Source of the DNA: Eledone cirrhosa
Lineage: Eukaryota
Direction of reading: 5' to 3'
DNA: 64,000 bases
Assembly: GCA_964016885.1 (NCBI GenBank)
Contig: OZ024743.1
Span: 117,118,001-117,182,000 of the forward strand
Both the position numbers and the translations under genes were made by a program. Below are positions 56,101 to 64,000 of this stretch, piece by piece. How positions within the stretch are numbered: the first letter of the stretch is position 1; every line of letters starts with the position of its first letter. The notes below the pieces were generated by a model that saw only the letters and a program-made list of their open reading frames with translations, had not been told where the DNA came from and did not search any database.

Positions 56101-56977
56101 ATCCCGCCGAGCTTAACTTTGCCTTTCATCCTTACGGGATCGATAAAATAAAGTACCAGTAACGTAATGGGGTCGATTTAATCGACTTTCCCTTCCCTCA
56201 CAATTGCTGGCCTTCTGCATATATAAGAAACCAGCATAGTTACGTCCCTTTACGATCTGAGTTCAAATCCCCTCGAGGTTAACTTTGCCTTTCATCCTTA
56301 TGGGATCGATAAAATAAAGTACCAGTAATGTACAGGCTAATTGCTGGCCTTGTGCCAGAAGTAGAAAGAATTATAATTCATCATATCAACAGAGTGTAAA
56401 GGGCCGTAACTGAGTTCAAATCGAACCAAAGTTAACGTCGACGGGATTTGAACTCAGTTACGGCCCTTTACATTCTGAGTTCAAAATCCACCGGGCTTAA
56501 CTTTGCTTTTCATCCGTACGAGGTCGATAAAATAAAACACCAGCAATGCACTGGGATAATTGCTGTCCTTGTGCCAAAAGTAGAAACAATTATTATTTAT
56601 CATTCATGCTTTGCAGCATAGAGTTACGCCCCTTTACAATCTGAGGTAAATCTCGCCGATGATAACTTTGCCTTTCATCCTTATGGGGTCGATAAAATAA
56701 AGTACCAGGCACTCACTGGGGTCAATTTAATAGACTTTACACGCTTCCCAAATTTCTGGCCTTGTGCCTAAATAAGAAACCATTATTATTTATCATTCAT
56801 GCTTTGCAGCATAGAGTTACGCCCCTTTACGGAGTGAGTTCAAATCCCGCCGATATTATCTTTGCCTTTTATACTTACGGGGTTGATAAAATAACGCAAC
56901 AGTAATACAATGGGGTTGATTTATCGACTTTCCCCTCCCCAAATTGCTGACCTTGTGTCTAGAGTAGAAACCATTAT
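56101..56977 (+). mobile_element. Tandem array of about five SINE units
   Basis: Repeated ...ctttgcctttcatccttacggg(g/a)tcgataaaataaagtaccag...gccttgtgcc..agaaac units; internal palindrome at 56391-56476. Confidence 0.88.
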
Positions 56978-57919
56978 TACTTATTATTCATTATCTGTGA
57001 TTTTACATTCGTACAATAGTTGGATTATTTACCCTATGGAAAACATCGTGGATGAAGTTGTTCTTTATATTTCCGTATCAAGATTTATATTTTCTTGGCA
57101 AATCTGCCAATCCATCACCCTTCTTTAGGTATAAATATTGAACTATTTTTTTCTCTGAAATGACAAGATCATTACATGGAAAACTGACAATCTTGTAAAT
57201 ATTTCGGAATATTTTATGAATTAACTATGTTCTGTAAACAAAATTAATAAAATAAATCTACACTTTAGTAAAACTATGAATTGTATTCATTTTCAAATCC
57301 CCAATGAAGTTATTTTTTTATTACATAAAAAGGAAAACGAGCTTCTTTTTGTCTTTTTGTCTCCAAATTTTAAGGAAATGCCCTACAATTTCCTTTCAGA
57401 AATTTTTAGCGAGTAATGAACAAGTATTATTCTCTTAAACTTCGCGACATTTTCATTTCAACCCAACAGCTGGTTGAAGAATCTCTTTATATCGGCAGCA
57501 CATTTAATTGAGCGCACAATCTCTCAAAGGTAACAATGAGAAGACAGGCAAGCAAGCAGGCGCATGGCTAATTCTTGAAGACTACCATAATATAATGTGG
57601 AGGTCCATTAACTATATGTGTGGTAGGAGGGTGCTGATACACACAATTTCATTCTCATCATTGCAGCAATTATATTTATTCGATGGGGAAATGTTTCTTC
57701 TTCGTAGAAGCTTTTTGCTATTTTCTTGTCTTTAGTCGATTTAGTCATGAAGGAAGTAGTGCATAGAGATAAGTATGCGCGTGTGCATCCGTGTGTAGGT
57801 AAGTATATGATTGTGTCCCTCTGTGCGCGTGCGTGTTCGTGGGAGCGACAGTGATAGACAAACAAACTAAACGGAGCAATACATCCAGAATAAAGCATGT
57901 TTCTTTCGGTCTTAAGAAC

Positions 57920-58736
<817 letters not shown>

Positions 58737-58765
58737 TTTTCTACTCATATTTATGTGTGTATATA

Positions 58766-58975
58766 TACAAGATTTCTCTAAAAGGTTAGGGTACAGTTGC
58801 TTTATTTAAGTATAAATGAGATTACAAGTAATTTCCTTTAAAATAGGACGCTTGGGATGTCCCTCAGAGGTTCGAACAATTTTTCCATCTATCGTTGCAG
58901 CACCGGACGTCATATTCTGTGAGTGTCCTTAGCACAGTGTTACACACATTTGCATGTCTTCCACAACTCCAAGAC
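58766..58975 (-). mobile_element. Mariner-like 3' fragment
   Basis: Terminal tacaagatttctctaaaagg; minus-strand translation resembles a mariner C-terminus (RWKNC...SYFKG). Confidence 0.45.
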
Positions 58976-59022
58976 GATGTACCTATATACATATACATAA
59001 ATATATAGATTAACTATTGATA

Positions 59023-59550
59023 TACGAGGTTTGTCCCAAAAGTAAGAGTTTTGATTTTGTCTGTACAGCACGGCAATGCAGCAACGATTTGCTGTGTAAC
59101 AGCCTGTTTGTTAACGCCTTGGCTGCCGATAATACTTGGTTCAACATGATTGATTGGGTCACTCCTGAGATTTTGTTGTTGGTGTACAGGGGCTCATAAC
59201 CTCTATTATATTTGCGATGCGGGGAAAATATGGAACAAGGTTACATGATCACATTCTGTTTGAAACTCAATCAGCCACCCAAACATTTAATTCTTTAACA
59301 CAATCTTATAGAGATGTCACTCTATCGAGAAATAAGTTTTGTAGGTGACACAAAGCTTTGAAGAGGGCCGAGGTAATTTTGAAATCTAAACTCACTCTTG
59401 AAGGCGAATCTGCTCAATAAATTGAATGAGGAAGTGGTGCAAGCTTTGATGATGAATGGACGCTGATTAAGTGTTAGGATTGTTGCAGAAGAACAGACCA
59501 TTTGCACCTGCGAAGAATTTGTAAAAAACAAATTCCCAAACACTTGGCTG
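59023..59550 (+). mobile_element. Mariner-like 5' fragment
   Basis: TIR-like TA|cgaggtttgtcccaaaagt; MEQGYMITFCLKL resembles a mariner HTH N-terminus; [12 protein letters not shown]. Confidence 0.55.
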
Positions 59551-59622
59551 TTTAGCAAATAGCAATGTACCTATATACATATATATATCTGTGTGTGTGC
59601 ATGAGTATATGTATATGCATGC

Positions 59623-59786
<164 letters not shown>

Positions 59787-59878
59787 ATTCATATATGTAT
59801 ATATTCACTTGATTGTTAAATGTTATTGCATTTTAGTTATTTATATTAAAAGAACTTGTAACTTCATCGTCTTTATTG

Positions 59879-59943
<65 letters not shown>

Positions 59944-60812
59944 ATACAGACACTTTACTCTTCCCGCGTTGCTCATTTGTACTATTATTATAATATGAGA
60001 TGTTATATATAGCATTATGCAATATGTAGTGGTATTTATCTCCGTAAAATAGAGGTAACTTTTTATAGTGAGATACTTCATAAAACGAGCACCAAACACT
60101 TTACAATATAACCAATATATTACAGGCTTTGCTTAATATTACTTCAGGGCGATGAATGAAACCAATTAGAGAATATGTAATTTTAGTGTATAGACAGACA
60201 ACCTATGCAAGATTACTACAAACGTATTCAAATCTTAAGAAAATCTCACACAGCTGTCTTTACAAAAAGGGAAAATAAGCGCATACCAGCTTACGAGCAC
60301 ATAAAGTCGCACAACCTATTTTAGTTTTCCAGGTTTTACAAATATAAAATATGTTTTAATGGTGCCTTATCTATTGGATTGCCAGAGTATATTTAAATGC
60401 GCGCGCGCAAGCACACATACATATACAGAAACACGCACTTATTTGTAATGTAAAAATCATTATTTGGAATAGTAAATAATCGTTGATATTTCTTCAACCC
60501 AGTCGAGCCATAAATATCTTTACTATTTCATGTCTTTTCTTGCTCCTTATCTCAACTCGTTGGAACGGTCGCGATAGATTTAACATTGCTTTCTAATGAA
60601 ATTTTCGGTGAAAGTTAAATGCGATAATTTCTTACGATTTTCGTTCCGTTAGAATAATTGCAATGAATTAAGATGTTAGCCGCTAATGTGACGTATCAAC
60701 CAGCGAACGCAACACGTTTATGATATGGAATCGTATCAAACCAATTGCTATCTGAGCTTTGTTCCAGTACACGATTTTCGACTGTTTTCATCAGCCCTCA
60801 CAATCACTCCCT

Positions 60813-60874
<62 letters not shown>

Positions 60875-60905
60875 TATGTGTGTGTGTGTGTGTGTGTGTA
60901 TGTAA

Positions 60906-60999
<94 letters not shown>

Positions 61000-61093
61000 C
61001 ATATATATGTATATATATATATATATATGTATGCATATATATATATATATATATGCATATATATATGCATATATATGTATGCATATATATATA

Positions 61094-61205
<112 letters not shown>

Positions 61206-61229
61206 TATATATATATATATATATCCACT

Positions 61230-61560
61230 TGCTACTGCCCCACCCAATTCATGTTGTCCATCCTCACAAACCTTGTAGCTGTCTCCGTTCCTTCTTATCT
61301 GACACCAAACACGCCCTCAGCGGCTTCGACTCCTTTATTTTTCCACATGACCCATCCCCTCCTTTTCACCCTCGACAGCAAATTACTCGACATTGTCTTC
61401 CCCAAGGCCGAATGCCTACGTACCCTCAAACACTACCTCAAACTTCGCCTGCCCACTCAACACTCCACCCCTATCATCTGCCTTGTCTGGCTACTCGCCT
61501 GTCACGCCCTGCCTTCTTCAATCTATTTTTTAAAAACCTTTCTCTCTCCATCCGAACTCT
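61230..61560 (+). mobile_element. Penelope-like RT fragment
   Basis: [34 protein letters not shown] resembles the PLE RT motif (L.T.DV.SLYT.IP...L..L...L). Confidence 0.5.
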
Positions 61561-61693
61561 CCTTTTCCTGAAGAAAGACAAGCCCTATTCTTCTGCCTTC
61601 TAAGTCTGTTTGTATTTGTCTTGTCATTTTTGAAATGCACGCACATACCCCCCCCCCCCCCACACACACACACATACACACACTCATATATAT

Positions 61694-61795
61694 ATATGAA
61701 AAATGTCATGACCCCGACGGTGGAACTGCGACCGTTTCAGCGGTTGTTGAATCGGTTGAAGCTCAACCGTCGATGTAATGAATTCGTTTTCATAT
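61694..61795. repeat. Imperfect ~100-bp foldback
   Basis: atatgaaaa..cgacggt..accgtttcagc / gttgaatcggt..accgtcg..ttttcatat. Confidence 0.55.
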
Positions 61796-61875
61796 TACCC
61801 ACTCTACTACCACAAGTATTGAGTACTCTGGTGAGTAATGGATGGTCTAACTAATTTTTACCGCCTCCATTCATG

Positions 61876-61910
<35 letters not shown>

Positions 61911-62529
61911 ATGTATGCATACACACATATTTTTACCTACCTACAAAGCATAGGAAAATAAATATTCATATACAAACTCACATACTCACAAACACGAGTG
62001 TATGTATGTGTGTGAGTGTGTGTGTGGGGGGGGATGTGTGGCTGTGGGGGGGGGGGGTATGTATTAAAAGCAAGACAAGTTCTGAGTGAGAAAGAAACAC
62101 ACGCATGTAACATGTATGCGGATACACATCCCCACAAACATGCAGACGGAACTGTATAGAGAGATAGATATATATATATGCAGAATAAATACATAGCTAT
62201 TCAGAAAAAATATATATATAACTATACTCACTTTCATGAAAGAGAGGAAACGTTTATCGTTGCAGATTTTCTTGTGTTCCCACTTTGATAGGCTTGAGGG
62301 AACACTGGCGCGCTGGCCTCTGGAACATGGTCGATTACATCGATTCTTGTACTTATTTTATTCCTGGATACTAGTGGTATGTATTCTATAGACTCTTGGA
62401 GGAGGAAATGGAATTTGAAGATAATCTACATAAACGGTAGAAATATTCCAACACACACCATCAGTCGCTCACTCACATACATACACACACACACATACGC
62501 GCACACACACACACATATTTTTATATGTA

Positions 62530-62574
<45 letters not shown>

Positions 62575-63280
62575 TGACCCCTGGATAAACACACACATAT
62601 ATATGTATGAGAATGCATACACAATAGTTAAGTGTATATTATGTCTATAACAAGTTACTTCAAAATTTGGACTAACCTACAGAGCAGCTGCAATATTGTG
62701 TGATTCGAAGTAGATTTCGGTGTTATTTTTGAACATGATCGTTCATTTTGGCCGGCATTTATTAATGTAATTCTCCAGATCAGCTTTGATACAGCTCACA
62801 GATCTATGATCAAATAATTTCGATTAATAAAGATCCTGTTTTTCACTCAAACATAATATATCTGTATCTCACTATCGAATGCTTACTTCGGAAATGCGTG
62901 ATTTAATGATGCTTTTTAACTGCTACTTCTTGCAGTTCCAGTGACTACGGAAAATCTCCTATTTGACTCGTCATCTTCAGTTAAAATCAAAAGGTTTTAT
63001 CATATATTTAATATATCTTTATTTGCATAAATTTCGGAGTTTAAAGTAAAATTACATCTTTTTCCTTTTTTTTTTCTTGGTGTTGGGCCGCGAGTAAATT
63101 ATACAAATGAATAAATTGCTGAGTTCTAGACATATTTATATACACACATGGATTGAATTTTAATTTTTTATTTAAATATGTAAATATATAAATATATTTA
63201 AATATGCACACATGTAATTCAGGTGTATCAAAACAATATAATAGTATATCATATCAAGTAAACATAATTTAAAGATTTAT

Positions 63281-63328
<48 letters not shown>

Positions 63329-63516
63329 GTACTTTCAATGGCCAACAGACTTCGAGTAACCCCAAACATACAAGTTTATTTATTTGCACCATTGTATCTT
63401 TCAACCTTTAACTTCTATGCTTTACAGATATATCATTTTTTATTTATTCTCACTTATTCATAGTTTATCTTTATTGTCTATCGCCTCAATGACCTCGAAA
63501 TACAGGACATTATTTT

Positions 63517-63693
63517 TGGCAGTATCGGTAGAGGGTCGGACGCCATGGTTTCCAGCATAGTTACGTCCCTTTACGATTTGAGTTCAAATCCCGCCGAGGT
63601 TGACTTTGCCTTTCATCCTTACGAGGTCGATAAAATAAAGTACCAGTAATGCACTGGGTAATTGCTGGCCTTGTGCCTAAAGTAGAAACAATT
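63517..63693 (+). mobile_element. Full-length tRNA-derived SINE (short subtype)
   Basis: tggcagtatcggtagagggtcggacgcc...gagttcaaatcccgccgagg...gccttgtgcctaaagtagaaacaattatt. Confidence 0.9.
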
Positions 63694-64000
63694 ATTTTTA
63701 CTACCCATCCTAAAACAACCAATAAAAACAAAGAAAAACTGACCAACCCAAATGAATGAGAACGGATATATAATATTTTAAAGGTGTATGCGAAGCATTT
63801 CATCATTTAGCAAACAGATGTCTGATGAGCTTTTGATTCCAGATTCGGGTCCGATCGATAGAGATCGAACACGGAGTGAATCGCATCCGAATGCGCGTCA
63901 CACCCGATAATTTAACACCTCGTCCATATTTATTATTAGTATTTCACTCTACATAATACAACACCAAAGTACATAATGGAAACTACGCATCGATTGCTCA

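Noticed and set aside
56101-56977. Repeat-spacer pattern resembling a CRISPR array
   Set aside because: Units are 130-190-bp SINE copies in eukaryotic DNA, with no unique spacers or cas genes.
63517-63600. tRNA-like sequence with A and B boxes
   Set aside because: Head of a multi-copy SINE; no complete cloverleaf, so not called a tRNA gene.

Overview
AT-rich eukaryotic (animal) intergenic or intronic DNA; the SINE and LINE content suggests an octopus or other coleoid cephalopod (inference, not verified). I see no host protein-coding exon. Most ORF-track entries are translations of (TA)n/(CA)n/(GA)n microsatellites. Recognisable elements: a decayed Chapaev3 (CMC) DNA transposon (~10.4-12.8 kb); a retroelement nest at (AAT)n/(ATT)n repeats (22.7-37.9 kb) with two Tx1-clade LINE copies in opposite orientation, two R4/Dong-type RLE LINEs and a CRE-type RLE fragment; further Dong, RTE, Penelope-like, mariner and Helitron remnants; and many tRNA-derived SINEs. 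Most notable is a set of short non-coding elements, mostly next to microsatellites, carrying type I hammerhead ribozyme cores: one fully canonical inside a ~317-bp retrozyme/pLTR-like repeat, a pair on opposite strands of a ~400-bp palindrome, and several decayed ones. Also notable: a possible Tx1-SINE 3'-tail partnership, a twin-priming-like inverted RTE insertion, and an old inverted duplication with 600-800-bp arms.
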